Source: Escherichia phage PHB12
Sequence record: MK524178.1
Length of the DNA: 64,000 nt
Direction: 5' to 3' (one strand)
Shown piece by piece: positions 48,031 to 62,381 of the stretch. How positions within the stretch are numbered: the first letter of the stretch is position 1; each line of letters begins with the position of its first letter. The translations under genes and the position numbers were made by a program. The notes under the pieces are model-generated. The model was not told the DNA's origin and did no database searches. It saw nothing but the letters and a program-made list of their open reading frames with translations.

Positions 48031-49577
48031 GTAACAATACATATCAACACGTTTCAAACGAATCTGTATATGTTGAATTTGACCCTACCGGGTCAAATTT
48101 TGATAGTTCAATAACCAATGTCCAGGCAGCCTTAGCCTCAATTAGCGCATACGGTGTTAAAGGTGTTCCGGACGCAAGCGAAGCAGAAAAAGGTGTAATT
48201 CAATTAGCGTCAGAACAAGAAGTTCTTGATGGATTTAATAGTACTAAAGCCGTTACACCAGCCACATTAAATGCAAGACTTCAGTATCCGAACGCGTCAG
48301 AAACACAGTACGGCGTAACTAAATATGCAACACAAGAGGAGGCCATTGCTGGCACTTTAGACACTGTTTCTATTACTCCGCTTAAATTAAACCAAACTAT
48401 TGATAACACTTTCTCTACTCGTTATTCAACAGAAACAACTAACGGTGTTATTAAAATTGCAACTCAAACCGCTGCACTTGCTGGGTCTGATGACACCACA
48501 GCAATGACTCCGCTTAAAACGCAACAATTAACAATAAAATTAATTTCTCAAATAGCTCCTAATAACGACCCGGCTTCAGAATCTATTACCGGTGTTGTGC
48601 GTTTAGCTACGGTGGCTCAAACACGTCAAGGAACTCTTCGCGAAGGATATGCAATTTCCCCGTATACCTTTATGAATTCTGTTGCAACACAAGAATATAA
48701 AGGTGTTATACGTCTAGGAACACAAGCGGAAATTAATAGCAATTTGGGAGATGTTGCTGTAACAGGTGAAACGCTAAATGGTAGAGGAGCTACCGGTTCT
48801 ATGCGTGGAGTCGTAAAATTAACGACGCAGGCTGGTATTGCCCCTGAAGGCGATAGCTCTGGAGCATTAGCATGGAACGCAGATGTAATTAATACACGCG
48901 GTGGGCAAACTATTAATGGTTCTTTAAATTTAGATCACCTCACAGCAAATGGAATTTGGTCGCGTGGCGGAATGTGGAAAAACGGTGACCAGCCAGTTGC
49001 AACAGAGAGATATGCATCTGAACGTGTTCCTGTTGGAACAATTCAAATGTTCGCAGGTGATAGCGCTCCTCCAGGTTGGGTTTTATGTCATGGTGGGACC
49101 ATTTCTGGAGACCAATTTCCGGACTATCGAAATGTGGTTGGAACAAGATTTGGCGGTGATTGGAATAATCCTGGAATTCCGGATATGCGCGGTCTTTTTG
49201 TTAGAGGAGCTGGTACTGGCAGTCATATTTTAAATAATCGGGGCCAAGACGGCTATGGAAAGGATAGATTAGGTGTAGGATGTGACGGCATGCATGTTGG
49301 TGGTGTCCAAGCACAACAAATGTCATATCATAAACATGCCGGTGGATGGGGCGAATATCAACGTCATGAGGCACCGTTCGGAGCATCCGTATATCAAGGT
49401 TATTTGGGTACTAGAAAATACTCTGATTGGGATAACGCATCATATTTCACAAATGACGGCTTCGAATTAGGTGGTCACCGCGACGCAACAGGCACTCTTA
49501 ACCGTGAAGGACTTATCGGATATGAGACTCGTCCATGGAATATATCTTTAAATTATATTATTAAAGTCCATTACTAA
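48027..49577 (+). CDS. 12: short tail fibre protein gp12
   Basis: 516 aa; canonical position. Confidence 0.9.
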   Translation: MSNNTYQHVSNESVYVEFDPTGSNFDSSITNVQAALASISAYGVKGVPDASEAEKGVIQLASEQEVLDGFNSTKAVTPATLNARLQYPNASETQYGVTKYATQEEAIAGTLDTVSITPLKLNQTIDNTFSTRYSTETTNGVIKIATQTAALAGSDDTTAMTPLKTQQLTIKLISQIAPNNDPASESITGVVRLATVAQTRQGTLREGYAISPYTFMNSVATQEYKGVIRLGTQAEINSNLGDVAVTGETLNGRGATGSMRGVVKLTTQAGIAPEGDSSGALAWNADVINTRGGQTINGSLNLDHLTANGIWSRGGMWKNGDQPVATERYASERVPVGTIQMFAGDSAPPGWVLCHGGTISGDQFPDYRNVVGTRFGGDWNNPGIPDMRGLFVRGAGTGSHILNNRGQDGYGKDRLGVGCDGMHVGGVQAQQMSYHKHAGGWGEYQRHEAPFGASVYQGYLGTRKYSDWDNASYFTNDGFELGGHRDATGTLNREGLIGYETRPWNISLNYIIKVHY

Positions 49578-49586
49578 GGGTAAAAA

Positions 49587-51029
49587 ATGATCGAATTAAA
49601 AAGTCTACCATATGTTGATGGCCCTCCTGATGAGGGTCAAAAACGTTTAAACTGGATTAAAAATTCAGAAGAAATAACTGGCGCTGATACGTTATACGGT
49701 TCTGAAGGAGTAATGAACCGTCCAATAACAGAAGTTCAACGAAATGTAGAAACAATTAACGATAACGTTAAGACTATCGCAGAATCTTTAGATACCGCTA
49801 ATGCTGATATTGTCACAATTAAAAGTATCTTGGATGTTTCTGGTGACGTAGATGCTTTAGCACAAATTGGACATAACACTGATGATATTGAAGTATTAAA
49901 ACACACTGTAAATTCACACGGTGTTGATATTTTAAACACTGAAGAAAAACTAGATGATACTATTGCTAATATCGGAGTAGTTAATCCAGAAACAGATTCG
50001 GTGTATCGTACGGTGCGTAACGACCTTCTTTGGATTAAAACCGAATTAGGGCAATATACTGGACAAGATATTAATGGTGTCCCAACCGAAGGTAATGAAA
50101 GCACCGGGATGAAACGACGTATTATTACTAACAGTTCAGTGTTGGTTGACCAAGGCGTTCGTTTAACCGAGTTAGAAAATAAATTTGCCGATTCTGATGT
50201 TGGGGCTCTGACAACTGAAGTTGAAAACCTCCGTCAAGAAATAGGTCCTAGACCATCGTTAACAGTACCGGTTTACACTCGTTTATCTGGTATTGATTCA
50301 TCCATTTCTATCCAAACCAGAGATATTGCGGCATTAAAAGATTTTGTTGGATATCCTAATTCAACCGCTATTAAAACTCAAGTCGAGGCCAATCGTCTTT
50401 CTATATCAGCAATAAATTCAGACATTAACTCGCCTGGTGGTATTAAACCACGTTTGACAACGTTAGAAACTACTGTAGGCTCTCCAGATTTACCGACTAC
50501 TCTTCAGGGTAAGATCAAATTAAATACCGATTCCATTTCAGGTATTAACACAGTTTTAGGTGTTGATTCTTCTAGTGGTTTACGTTTTAACGTAGCATGG
50601 CTTAATCAGGTGGTTGGCGTTGATTCAAATGGTGGACAACCTGAACCGGCTGGTTCACTTTTATATAGGACTCGTATTCTTGAAACGGGTGTTACTGACC
50701 TAGGCAATAACATTCAAAACGTTCAAACCGAATTGGGAACTAATTCGTCCGGTATTAAAGGACAAGTGACTAGTTTAAATAAACTTATAAGCGGCACTAA
50801 CCCAAACGGTCAAACCATAGAAGAACGTGGTATATTGCCAACAGTTAAAAACCATGACACGACAATTATGGCTTTAACTACGCGTGTTACCACTTTAGAA
50901 ACAGACCTTGCTGCAGCAGAAGCAGAAATTCAGGCCCTTAAAGAGGCTGGATATATCGAAGATGCTCCTTCAGACGGTAAATTCTATGTTCGTAAAGATG
51001 GTGCTTGGGTTGAACTTCCTACAGCTTAA
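49587..51029 (+). CDS. wac: fibritin (whisker antigen control)
   Basis: 480 aa coiled-coil-rich with C-terminal foldon-like GYIEDAPSDGKFYVRKDGAWVELP. Confidence 0.9.
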   Translation: MIELKSLPYVDGPPDEGQKRLNWIKNSEEITGADTLYGSEGVMNRPITEVQRNVETINDNVKTIAESLDTANADIVTIKSILDVSGDVDALAQIGHNTDDIEVLKHTVNSHGVDILNTEEKLDDTIANIGVVNPETDSVYRTVRNDLLWIKTELGQYTGQDINGVPTEGNESTGMKRRIITNSSVLVDQGVRLTELENKFADSDVGALTTEVENLRQEIGPRPSLTVPVYTRLSGIDSSISIQTRDIAALKDFVGYPNSTAIKTQVEANRLSISAINSDINSPGGIKPRLTTLETTVGSPDLPTTLQGKIKLNTDSISGINTVLGVDSSSGLRFNVAWLNQVVGVDSNGGQPEPAGSLLYRTRILETGVTDLGNNIQNVQTELGTNSSGIKGQVTSLNKLISGTNPNGQTIEERGILPTVKNHDTTIMALTTRVTTLETDLAAAEAEIQALKEAGYIEDAPSDGKFYVRKDGAWVELPTA

Positions 51030-51035
51030 TGAAAA

Positions 51036-51049
51036 GGGCCTTCGGGCCC
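51036..51049 (+). terminator. hairpin after wac
   Basis: GGGCC-ttcg-GGCCC stem-loop; weak T-tract, so possibly an RNA-stability element. Confidence 0.45.
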
Positions 51050-51061
51050 TAAAGGATTTAT

Positions 51062-51988
51062 ATGTCAGGTTATAATGCACAAAACCCTAAAGAATTAAAG
51101 GATGTAATATTACGTCGTTTAGGCGCTCCTATTGTAAATGTTGAATTAACTACAGATCAAATTTATGATTGTATTTCACGAGCGTTAGAACTTTATGGTG
51201 AATACCATTTTGACGGGTTGAATAAAGGTTTCCATGTATTTTTTGTTGATGACGAAGAAAAATACCGTCACGGCGTATTTGATATGCGTGGTTCTAACGT
51301 ATTTGCTGTAACAAGAATTATAAGAACAAACATTGGCTCTATTACTTCAATGGATGGTAATGCAACTTATCCTTGGTTCACTGATTTCCTTTTAGGAATG
51401 GCCGGTGTTTCAGGTGGTATGGGTAGTAATTGTGGTAAATTCTATGGACCGAACGCTTTTGGCGCTGACCTTGGGTATTATTCTCAATTAGTATCTTATA
51501 TGGGTATGCTTCAAGATATGATTGCTCCTCTTCCAGATTTTTGGTTTAACTCTGCAAACGAGCAATTAAAAGTAATGGGTAACTTTAGACAGAAAGATGT
51601 CATTATTGTTGAATCGTATGTTCGTTCTTATATTGAGACCCATAAGATGGTAGGAAATACAGTAGGTTATGGGCAGGTCGGTCCTCGTGATTCATGGTCT
51701 ATTTCTGAACGTTATGATAATCCAGACCATAATTTGGTCGGACGACGAGTTGGTGAAGATCCTGCAACTAAACAAGGCGCATATAACAACCGCTGGGTTA
51801 AAGATTATGCAACTGCATTAGCTAAAGAGCTTAATGGGCAAATTCTTGCTAAACATCAAGGTATGATGTTACCGGGTGGCGTCACTGTTGATGGGGTTCG
51901 ATTAATTGAAGAAGCTCGTTTAGAGAAAGAAGCTTTACGAGAAGAGTTATATTTACTGGACCCTCCTGCTGGTATTTTGGTAGGTTAA
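51062..51988 (+). CDS. 13: neck protein gp13
   Basis: 308 aa; canonical position. Confidence 0.88.
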   Translation: MSGYNAQNPKELKDVILRRLGAPIVNVELTTDQIYDCISRALELYGEYHFDGLNKGFHVFFVDDEEKYRHGVFDMRGSNVFAVTRIIRTNIGSITSMDGNATYPWFTDFLLGMAGVSGGMGSNCGKFYGPNAFGADLGYYSQLVSYMGMLQDMIAPLPDFWFNSANEQLKVMGNFRQKDVIIVESYVRSYIETHKMVGNTVGYGQVGPRDSWSISERYDNPDHNLVGRRVGEDPATKQGAYNNRWVKDYATALAKELNGQILAKHQGMMLPGGVTVDGVRLIEEARLEKEALREELYLLDPPAGILVG

Positions 51989-51989
51989 T

Positions 51990-52754
51990 ATGGCAACTTA
52001 TGATAAAAATCTTTTCGCCAAACTAGAAAATCGCGGTGGGTATTCTCAGACAAATGAGACCGAAATCCTCAATCCATTTGTCAATTTTAATAACTACGAG
52101 AATAGTCAGACATTAGCCGATGTTCTAGTGGCAGAAAGCATACAGATGCGCGGTATTGAATGTTTTTATGTTCCACGTGAATATGTTGCTGTGGACCTTA
52201 TCTTTGGTGAGGACCTTAAAAATAAATTTACTAAAGCATGGAAATTTGCTGCATATCTGAACTCATTTGAAGGTTATGAAGGAGCGAAATCGTTCTTCAG
52301 CAACTTCGGAATGCAAGTTCAAGACGAAGTTACATTATCTATTAACCCAGGTCTTTTCAAACACCAGGTCAACAATCAGGAGCCCAAGGAAGGTGATTTA
52401 ATATACTTCCCAATGGACAACAGTTTGTTTGAGATTAACTGGGTTGAACCATATGACCCATTCTATCAAGTAGGTAAAAATGCGATTCGTAAAATTACTG
52501 CAGGCAAGTTTATTTACTCTGGTGAAGAAATCAATCCGGTGCTTCAGAAAAATGAAGGTATCAATATACCTGAATTTAGTGACTTGGAACTTAACCCTGT
52601 TAGAAATCTTGACGGTATCCATGACATTAATATCGATGAATATTCTGAAGTTGAGCAAATCAATTCAGAGGCAAGTGAATACGTTGAGCCGTATGTAGTA
52701 GTTAACAACCGTGGTAGACAAAATTCACCCTTTGATGACGGATTTATGAATTAA
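51990..52754 (+). CDS. 14: neck protein gp14
   Basis: 254 aa; canonical position. Confidence 0.88.
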   Translation: MATYDKNLFAKLENRGGYSQTNETEILNPFVNFNNYENSQTLADVLVAESIQMRGIECFYVPREYVAVDLIFGEDLKNKFTKAWKFAAYLNSFEGYEGAKSFFSNFGMQVQDEVTLSINPGLFKHQVNNQEPKEGDLIYFPMDNSLFEINWVEPYDPFYQVGKNAIRKITAGKFIYSGEEINPVLQKNEGINIPEFSDLELNPVRNLDGIHDINIDEYSEVEQINSEASEYVEPYVVVNNRGRQNSPFDDGFMN

Positions 52755-52803
52755 TAAATAGATAAGATAAAGCAAACACCGGTCGAAAGGCCGGTTAGGA
52801 GAA

Positions 52804-53628
52804 ATGATGTTTGGCTATTTTTACAACTCGTCGTTCAGGCGATATATCACAATGATGGGCGATTTGTTTTCAAATATCCAAGTTAACCGTCAATTGTCTA
52901 CAGGCAATAAATTAATTAGGGTTCCTATTACGTATGCATCTAAAGAGCACTTTATGATGAAACTTAATAAATGGACCTCTATAAACTCACAAGAAGATGT
53001 GGCTAAAGTCGAAACTATTCTACCACGTATAAATCTCCAAATGGTAGATTTCGTTTATAACCCAACGTTTAAAACGAATATATTGAATAACTCTCTTTTG
53101 AGTAAATCGACTAAGGATATTGTAGACCAATACAACCCATCACCAATTAAAATGATTTTTGAACTGAGCATCTTTACTCGTTATGAAGATGATATGTTCC
53201 AAATCGTTGAGCAAATTATTCCATATTTTCAGCCGCATTTTAATACGACTATGATTGAGCAATATGGGCAGGATATTCCATTTGAAAGGGATATTAAAGT
53301 CGTATGGATGTCAGCAGCAATGGATGAACAAATAGACGGTGATAATTTATCCCGTCGACGTTTAGAGTGGTCATTAACATTTGAAGTAAATGGATGGATG
53401 TATCCTCCGGTAGGCGCAGCAGAAGGCCTTATTAAAACGACTTATCTTGATTTTCATGCTAATGAACGAGACCTTCAAACAGCCGCCAGCGTTTTTGAAT
53501 CAGTTGATACAGAAATTAAACCGAGAGACGTTGAAGCACAAGATTGGAATGGCGAAGTTGAACAAACTTATACTCATGATATTCCAATCCCGACTCCACC
53601 AACCCCTCCTGGTCCTAGAAAACAATAA
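52804..53628 (+). CDS. 15: tail sheath stabiliser / tail terminator gp15
   Basis: 274 aa beginning MMFGYFYNSSFRRY as in T4 gp15. Confidence 0.9.
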   Translation: MMFGYFYNSSFRRYITMMGDLFSNIQVNRQLSTGNKLIRVPITYASKEHFMMKLNKWTSINSQEDVAKVETILPRINLQMVDFVYNPTFKTNILNNSLLSKSTKDIVDQYNPSPIKMIFELSIFTRYEDDMFQIVEQIIPYFQPHFNTTMIEQYGQDIPFERDIKVVWMSAAMDEQIDGDNLSRRRLEWSLTFEVNGWMYPPVGAAEGLIKTTYLDFHANERDLQTAASVFESVDTEIKPRDVEAQDWNGEVEQTYTHDIPIPTPPTPPGPRKQ

Positions 53629-55954
<2,326 letters not shown>

Positions 55955-55981
55955 AAATAAAGCAAATTAAGAGGAATTAAA

Positions 55982-57964
55982 ATGGCACTTCTCTCTCCGG
56001 GCGTTGAGCTCAAAGAAACTACCGTACAGAGTACTGTAGTTAATAACTCCACTGGTACTGCTGCCCTGGCTGGAAAATTCCAATGGGGACCGGCATTCCA
56101 GATTAAACAAATCACTGATGAAGTTGCATTAGTTGATATGTTTGGTACTCCTAATACGGATACAGCAGATTATTTCATGTCTGCTATGAACTTCCTTCAA
56201 TATGGTAATGACCTTCGTGTTGTGCGCGCAGTTGATCGTGATACTGCTAAGAACTCATCTCCTGTAGCAGGTAATATTGAATTCACAATCTCTGCTGCTG
56301 GTAGTAACTATGCAGTTGGTGATAAAATTATCGTTAAGTATTTGACCGAAACTGTTGAAGCAGATGGTTATGTCACTTCAGTTGATGTCGATGGTAAAAT
56401 TCTTAACATTTATATCCCAACCGGTAAAATTATTGCTCGTGCAAAAGAAATTAATGAATATCCGGCATTGGGTTCTAACTGGACCGCCGAAGTTGCCAGT
56501 TCTTCTTCTGGACTTTCTGGCGTTATTACAATTGGTTCTATCGTAACCGATTCGGGTATTCTGTTAACTGAAGTTGAAACTTCTGAAGAAGCTATTACTT
56601 CTCTAACTTTCCAAGAATCTATTAAAAAATATGGTGTCCCAGGCGTAGTTGCTCTTTATCCTGGTGAACTTGGCGACCAGCTTGAAATCGAAATCGTATC
56701 TAAAGCAGACTATGACAAAGGTGCTTCAGCCCAGTTAAAAATTTATCCTGATGGTGGTACTCGTGCATCTACGGCTAAAGCAGTGTTTGGATATGGCCCA
56801 CAAACTGATGACCAATATGCAATTATCGTTCGTCGTAACGATGCTGTAGTTCAGAGCGTAATTCTTTCTACTAAACGCGGTGAACGCGATATTTATGGTA
56901 GTAATATCTTTATTGATGATTTCTTTGCTAAAGGCGCAAGCAATTATATTTTCGCTACGGCACAAGGTTGGCCAAAAGGTTTCTCTGGCGTAATCAAACT
57001 GAACGGTGGCTTATCATCTAATGAAACGGTTGACGCTGGTGATTTAATGGAAGCTTGGGATTTGTTTGCTGACCGCGAATCTGTTAATGCGCAGTTGTTT
57101 ATTGCCGGTTCTTGTGCAGGTGAATCTTTAGAAGTTGCTTCTACAGTTCAGAAACATGTTGTAGCAATTGGTGATTCTCGCCAAGATTGTTTGGTTCTTT
57201 GCTCACCGCCACGTGCAACTATAGTCGGTATTCCTGTTAATCGTGCAGTTGATAATCTAGTTGATTGGCGTACTGCGTCAGGAACTTACACTGATAATAA
57301 CTTTAATATAAGTTCTACTTATGCTGCTATTGACGGTAACTATAAATATCAATATGACAAATATAATGACGTGAATCGTTGGGTTCCATTAGCTGCTGAT
57401 ATTGCTGGTCTTTGTGCTCGCACAGACAATATTTCTCAGCCTTGGATGTCTCCTGCCGGTTATAACCGTGGACAAATTCTTAACGTTATTAAGCTTGCAA
57501 TTGAAACTCGCCAACCACAGCGTGATCGTTTGTATCAGGAAGCTATTAACCCTGTTACTGGTACCGGTGGTGATGGGTATGTTCTGTATGGTGATAAAAC
57601 TGCCACTTCTGTTCCTTCGCCATTTGACCGTATTAACGTTCGTCGTTTGTTCAATATGGTTAAAACGAACATTGGTTCAGCATCTAAATATCGTCTGTTT
57701 GAATTGAACAACGCATTTACCCGTTCTTCTTTCCGTACAGAGACTTCTCAATATCTACAGGGTATTAAAGCTCTTGGTGGTGTATATAACTTTAAAGTTG
57801 TTTGTGATACTACCAATAACACCCCAGCAGTTATCGACCGTAATGAATTTGTAGCTACTTTCTACTTACAACCTGCCCGCTCGATAAATTATATTACGTT
57901 GAACTTTGTAGCAACAGCAACTGGTGCCGATTTCGACGAACTAATTGGTACTGTAAGCGGCTAA
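55982..57964 (+). CDS. 18: tail sheath protein
   Basis: 660 aa; canonical position. Confidence 0.93.
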   Translation: MALLSPGVELKETTVQSTVVNNSTGTAALAGKFQWGPAFQIKQITDEVALVDMFGTPNTDTADYFMSAMNFLQYGNDLRVVRAVDRDTAKNSSPVAGNIEFTISAAGSNYAVGDKIIVKYLTETVEADGYVTSVDVDGKILNIYIPTGKIIARAKEINEYPALGSNWTAEVASSSSGLSGVITIGSIVTDSGILLTEVETSEEAITSLTFQESIKKYGVPGVVALYPGELGDQLEIEIVSKADYDKGASAQLKIYPDGGTRASTAKAVFGYGPQTDDQYAIIVRRNDAVVQSVILSTKRGERDIYGSNIFIDDFFAKGASNYIFATAQGWPKGFSGVIKLNGGLSSNETVDAGDLMEAWDLFADRESVNAQLFIAGSCAGESLEVASTVQKHVVAIGDSRQDCLVLCSPPRATIVGIPVNRAVDNLVDWRTASGTYTDNNFNISSTYAAIDGNYKYQYDKYNDVNRWVPLAADIAGLCARTDNISQPWMSPAGYNRGQILNVIKLAIETRQPQRDRLYQEAINPVTGTGGDGYVLYGDKTATSVPSPFDRINVRRLFNMVKTNIGSASKYRLFELNNAFTRSSFRTETSQYLQGIKALGGVYNFKVVCDTTNNTPAVIDRNEFVATFYLQPARSINYITLNFVATATGADFDELIGTVSG

Positions 57965-57977
57965 TAAGACGCCTGAT

Positions 57978-58004
57978 GGGCTATTTCGGTAGCCCATATA
58001 AATA
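57978..58004 (+). promoter_or_regulatory. hairpin followed by late promoter TATAAATA upstream of gene 19
   Basis: GGGCTA-tttcg-GTAGCCC stem-loop at 57978-57995, then TATAAATA at 57997-58004. Confidence 0.65.
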
Positions 58005-58077
58005 TAACTATATCGTTTAAAAATTAATTCTATGGGCATCTGGTTAATCCTAAGCCCATATTACTACAGAGGCTAAT

Positions 58078-58569
58078 ATGTTTGTAGATGACGTAACTCG
58101 TGCCTTCGAATCAGGTGATTTCGCTCGCCCTAACCTGTTTGAAGTAGAAATCTCTTATCTTGGGCAAAACTTTAGCTTCCAGTGTCGTGCTACTGCTCTT
58201 CCTGCTGCGATCGTTGAAAAGGTTCCTGTTTCTTATATGAACCGTAAAATTAACGTGGCCGGTGACCGTACATTCGATGATTGGACTATTACAGTAATGA
58301 ACGATGATGCTCATAGCATTCGTCAGAAATTTGTTGATTGGCAAGGTATTGCAGCAGGACAAGGTAATGAAATTACCGGTGGTAAACCTGCTGAATATAA
58401 AAAGACTGCTATCGTTCGTCAATTTGCTCGTGATGCTAAAACTGTCACTAAAGAAGTTGAAATTGTTGGCTTGTGGCCTACTAACGTTGGCGAAGTATCT
58501 CTTGACTGGGACAGCAATAACGAGATTGAAACGTTCGAAGTAACTCTTGCTCTTGATTGGTGGGAATAA
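58078..58569 (+). CDS. 19: tail tube protein
   Basis: 163 aa; canonical position. Confidence 0.92.
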   Translation: MFVDDVTRAFESGDFARPNLFEVEISYLGQNFSFQCRATALPAAIVEKVPVSYMNRKINVAGDRTFDDWTITVMNDDAHSIRQKFVDWQGIAAGQGNEITGGKPAEYKKTAIVRQFARDAKTVTKEVEIVGLWPTNVGEVSLDWDSNNEIETFEVTLALDWWE

Positions 58570-58616
58570 TCTGGTTGGGGAGAAATCCCCAGCTTCCCGT
58601 GATGACGGAGAAGTCC

Positions 58617-58624
58617 ATATAAAT
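58617..58624 (+). promoter_or_regulatory. late promoter TATAAATA for gene 20
   Basis: Exact consensus about 30 nt upstream of the gene 20 ATG. Confidence 0.7.
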
Positions 58625-58653
58625 ATAACTATAATTCCCATTCGGAGAATACA

Positions 58654-60225
58654 ATGAAATTTAATATCTTAAGTTTGTTTGCTCCATGGGCAAAAATGGA
58701 CGAACGTGATTACAAAGACCAAGAAAAAGAAAATTTAGAATCTATCACCACACCAAAATTAGACGACGGCGCTAAAGAATATGAAGTATCTGAAAATGAA
58801 GCACAGCAAACATATAATGCTATGTTTCAGAGAATGTTCGGTAGCCAAGAACCAGGGCTCAAATCAACCCGTGAATTAATCGATACGTATCGAAATTTGA
58901 TGACGAACTATGAAGTGGATAATGCAGTCTCTGAAATAGTTTCTGATGCTATCGTATATGAAGATGATACAGAAGTCGTTTCTATAAATTTAGACAACAC
59001 AAAATTTAGTCCAAATATCAAATCAATGATGTTGGATGAATTTAACGAAGTGTTAAATCATTTATCTTTCCAACGTAAAGGTTCAGATCATTTTAGACGT
59101 TGGTATGTGGATTCTCGAATTTTCTTCCATAAAATTATTGACCCTAAACGCCCTAAAGAAGGTATTAAAGAGCTTCGTCGTTTAGACCCACGCCAAGTTC
59201 AATATGTCCGTGAAGTTATTACAACCACTGAAGCCGGTGTTAAAATAGTCAAGGGTTATAAAGAATATTTCATTTATGACACATCACACGAATCTTATGC
59301 TTGTGATGGTCGCATATATGAAGCTGGCACAAAAATAAAAATCCCTAAAGCCGCGATTGTTTATGCCCATTCTGGTTTAGTTGATTGTTGTGGTAAAAAT
59401 ATCATTGGTTATTTGCATCGGGCTATTAAGCCGGCGAACCAATTAAAACTTCTCGAAGATGCCGTCGTAATTTATCGTATTACTCGTGCTCCCGATCGTC
59501 GTGTATGGTATGTTGATACAGGTAATATGCCCTCAAGAAAAGCAGCAGAACATATGCAACATGTTATGAATACGATGAAAAACCGTATTGCATATGATGC
59601 TACTACAGGCAAGATTAAAAACCAGCAGCATATTATGTCGATGACCGAAGATTATTGGTTACAACGACGTGATGGTAAAGCGGTAACAGAAGTTGATACA
59701 TTGCCGGGTGCAGATAATACTGGAAATATGGAAGATGTACGTTGGTTCCGTAATGCGCTTTATATGGCTTTACGTATTCCTATTACCCGTATTCCAAGTG
59801 ACCAAGGTGGTATACAGTTTGATGCTGGTACTTCTATTACACGAGATGAATTGTCATTTGGTAAATTTATTCGTGAGCTGCAACATAAATTTGAAGAGAT
59901 ATTCCTAGACCCGCTTAAAACTAATTTAATTCTTAAAGGAATTATTACAGAAGATGAGTGGAATGATGAAATAAATAATATTAAGATAAAATTTCATCGG
60001 GATAGTTATTTCTCGGAATTAAAGGATGCTGAGATTCTGGAGCGTCGCATTAATATGCTTCAGATGGCCGAACCATTTATTGGTAAATATATTTCTCACA
60101 GAACAGCTATGAAAGATATTCTTCAGATGTCTGACGAGGAAATTGAACAAGAGGCTAAGCAAATTGAAGAAGAGTCGAAAGAGGCTCGTTTCCAAGACCC
60201 CGACCAAGAACAAGAGGATTTTTAA
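58654..60225 (+). CDS. 20: portal vertex protein
   Basis: 523 aa; canonical position. Confidence 0.93.
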   Translation: MKFNILSLFAPWAKMDERDYKDQEKENLESITTPKLDDGAKEYEVSENEAQQTYNAMFQRMFGSQEPGLKSTRELIDTYRNLMTNYEVDNAVSEIVSDAIVYEDDTEVVSINLDNTKFSPNIKSMMLDEFNEVLNHLSFQRKGSDHFRRWYVDSRIFFHKIIDPKRPKEGIKELRRLDPRQVQYVREVITTTEAGVKIVKGYKEYFIYDTSHESYACDGRIYEAGTKIKIPKAAIVYAHSGLVDCCGKNIIGYLHRAIKPANQLKLLEDAVVIYRITRAPDRRVWYVDTGNMPSRKAAEHMQHVMNTMKNRIAYDATTGKIKNQQHIMSMTEDYWLQRRDGKAVTEVDTLPGADNTGNMEDVRWFRNALYMALRIPITRIPSDQGGIQFDAGTSITRDELSFGKFIRELQHKFEEIFLDPLKTNLILKGIITEDEWNDEINNIKIKFHRDSYFSELKDAEILERRINMLQMAEPFIGKYISHRTAMKDILQMSDEEIEQEAKQIEEESKEARFQDPDQEQEDF

Positions 60226-60452
60226 TGGACGATTTAATTCAAGCTATTAAATCAAACGACCTCGTTGCTACTCGAAAGTTTTTTGAAAGTGCAATGGCAG
60301 AAAAAACGGTTCGTTTGATTGAAGCACGCAAAGCAGAAATCGCTTCTCAATTTTTGATTGAAGGCGAAGAACCCGAAGAAGAGAAAGCTTCGGAAGACGA
60401 CGCTGATGAAGGCGATGACGACGAAGACGAAGATGATGAGGACGATGAATAA
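60225..60452 (+). CDS. 67: prohead core protein gp67
   Basis: 75 aa with poly-acidic C-terminus. Confidence 0.85.
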   Translation: MDDLIQAIKSNDLVATRKFFESAMAEKTVRLIEARKAEIASQFLIEGEEPEEEKASEDDADEGDDDEDEDDEDDE

Positions 60453-60877
60453 TGTATCTTATCCCTGAATCTTATGAATTGGTACTCGAAAATGTCGAAG
60501 CACTTATTCCTGAAGCACAGGGCCGAATCGATGCATTGTCTTCTGCTCTCGATATTGACGATATAAATACTATTATCGAGAACATGCTTGAAACTGAAAC
60601 GGATTTAGCTGTTGCAATGGCTTCCATTATTAATGAAGAACAGTTAAATGAGTTTATCGTTAAACATGTTTCTTCTCGTGGTGAAGTCACTCGCACTAAA
60701 GACCGTAAAACTCGTGAACGTAACGCGTTCCAAACAACCGGTCTTTCTAAAGCAAAACGTAGACAAATCGCTCGTAAGGTCGTTAAAGCTAAAAAAGCTA
60801 ACCCTTCAGGCCAAGTTAAAGGCTTGCGTAAGCGTAAAAAAGCTCTTAAACGTCGTAAAGCATTAGGATTAAGCTAA
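60452..60877 (+). CDS. 68: prohead core protein gp68
   Basis: 141 aa with basic C-terminus. Confidence 0.85.
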   Translation: MYLIPESYELVLENVEALIPEAQGRIDALSSALDIDDINTIIENMLETETDLAVAMASIINEEQLNEFIVKHVSSRGEVTRTKDRKTRERNAFQTTGLSKAKRRQIARKVVKAKKANPSGQVKGLRKRKKALKRRKALGLS

Positions 60878-61518
60878 TGAATAAACCCGAGTTACTTATT
60901 GAAACTTGGGGTCAACCCGGTGAGATTATTGATGGCGTTCCAATGTTGGAATCTCATGATGGAAAAGATTCTGGCTTAAAACCAGGGCTTTATATAGAAG
61001 GTATTTTTCTTCAGGCAGAGGTTGTTAACCGAAATAAACGTTTATATCCTAAACGCGTTTTGGAAAAAGCAGTAAGTGACTATATTAAAGAACAAGTCGC
61101 AACCAAACAAGCCCTTGGAGAATTAAACCATCCACCTCGTGCAAATGTTGACCCTATGCAAGCCGCTATCATTATTGAAGATATGTGGTGGAAAGGAAAC
61201 GATGTATATGGACGTGCTAGAATTATTGAAGGCGACCATGGTCCCGGCGATAAATTAGCTGCTAATATACGAGCTGGTTGGATTCCAGGTGTTTCCTCTC
61301 GTGGTCTTGGTTCTTTAACCGACACCAATAAAGGGTACCGTATCGTGAACGAAGGATTTAAATTAACCGTCGGCGTAGATGCCGTATGGGGACCTTCTGC
61401 TCCAGATGCTTGGGTTACTCCTAAACAAATATCAGAATCAGAAAATTCGGTGGAAATCACCAAAAACAGTGCTGACGAAGCATTTAAAGCTCTCGCAGAG
61501 AGTTTAAAAGCATTATAA
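60877..61518 (+). CDS. 21: prohead core protease
   Basis: 213 aa; canonical position. Confidence 0.9.
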   Translation: MNKPELLIETWGQPGEIIDGVPMLESHDGKDSGLKPGLYIEGIFLQAEVVNRNKRLYPKRVLEKAVSDYIKEQVATKQALGELNHPPRANVDPMQAAIIIEDMWWKGNDVYGRARIIEGDHGPGDKLAANIRAGWIPGVSSRGLGSLTDTNKGYRIVNEGFKLTVGVDAVWGPSAPDAWVTPKQISESENSVEITKNSADEAFKALAESLKAL

Positions 61519-61521
61519 ATA
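61514..61521 (+). promoter_or_regulatory. late promoter TATAAATA for gene 22
   Basis: Exact consensus about 30 nt upstream of the gene 22 ATG. Confidence 0.65.
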
Positions 61522-61551
61522 ATAATGTAATCTAAACCACAGGACACTAAA

Positions 61552-62364
61552 ATGATCAAAGAACAACTTTTGAAAGAAGCTCAGAACATCGAGACTTCAG
61601 TTGCTCTTAATAGTGTTTTCGAATCAGTAGAACTGTCTCCGGACGTTAAAGCTAATTTCAGCACTGTATTCGAAGCCACCGTTAAGCAGGAAGCAGTCAA
61701 ACTGGCTGAATCTCATATCAAAGCCATCGCCGAAAAGGCTGAAGAAGAAGTTGAAAAGGCTAAAGAAGATGCTGAAGAGAAAGCTGATAAAAAATTGGCT
61801 GAACAAGCTTCTAAATTCCTAGACCATCTTGCAAAAGAATGGCTCGCAGAAAACCAAATCGCAGTTGATAAAGGCATTAAAGCTGATTTGTTCGAATCCA
61901 TGCTTGGTGGTCTGAAAGAACTGTTTGTTGAACATAACGTTGTTGTTCCAGAAGAATCTGTAGATGTTGTAGCAGAAATGGAAGAAGAGCTGGCCGAACA
62001 TAAAGAAGAAACCGCTCGTTTGTTCGAAGAAGTTACCAAACGTGATGCATATATCAATTACGTTCAGCGTGAAACCGCTATTAATGAAAGCGTAAAAGAC
62101 CTGACTGAATCTCAGAAAGAAAAAGTTATTGGCCTGGTTGAAGGTATGGATTATTCTGACGCATTTGGTACTAAGTTAACTGCTATTGTAGAAATGGTTA
62201 AAGGTTCTACTAAAGAAGAAGCCGCTATTACCGAAAATATAAATACAGTTGACAATGACGCTGCCGGTCTTAATTTTGTTGCCGAAGCAGTTGACACTAC
62301 CACAACTCAGGTAGAACAGAATTCTAATGTAAGTTTATATGCGAAAGTCGCATCTCGTTTCTAA
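61552..62364 (+). CDS. 22: prohead scaffolding core protein
   Basis: 270 aa, highly acidic and helical. Confidence 0.9.
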   Translation: MIKEQLLKEAQNIETSVALNSVFESVELSPDVKANFSTVFEATVKQEAVKLAESHIKAIAEKAEEEVEKAKEDAEEKADKKLAEQASKFLDHLAKEWLAENQIAVDKGIKADLFESMLGGLKELFVEHNVVVPEESVDVVAEMEEELAEHKEETARLFEEVTKRDAYINYVQRETAINESVKDLTESQKEKVIGLVEGMDYSDAFGTKLTAIVEMVKGSTKEEAAITENINTVDNDAAGLNFVAEAVDTTTTQVEQNSNVSLYAKVASRF

Positions 62365-62381
62365 TTTAAAGGTTAACACAA

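Noticed and set aside
52778-52795. Hairpin ACCGG-tcgaaagg-CCGGT between genes 14 and 15 as a terminator.
   Set aside because: Short stem, no downstream T-tract and it sits immediately before the gene 15 SD; more likely a minor RNA structure or chance palindrome.
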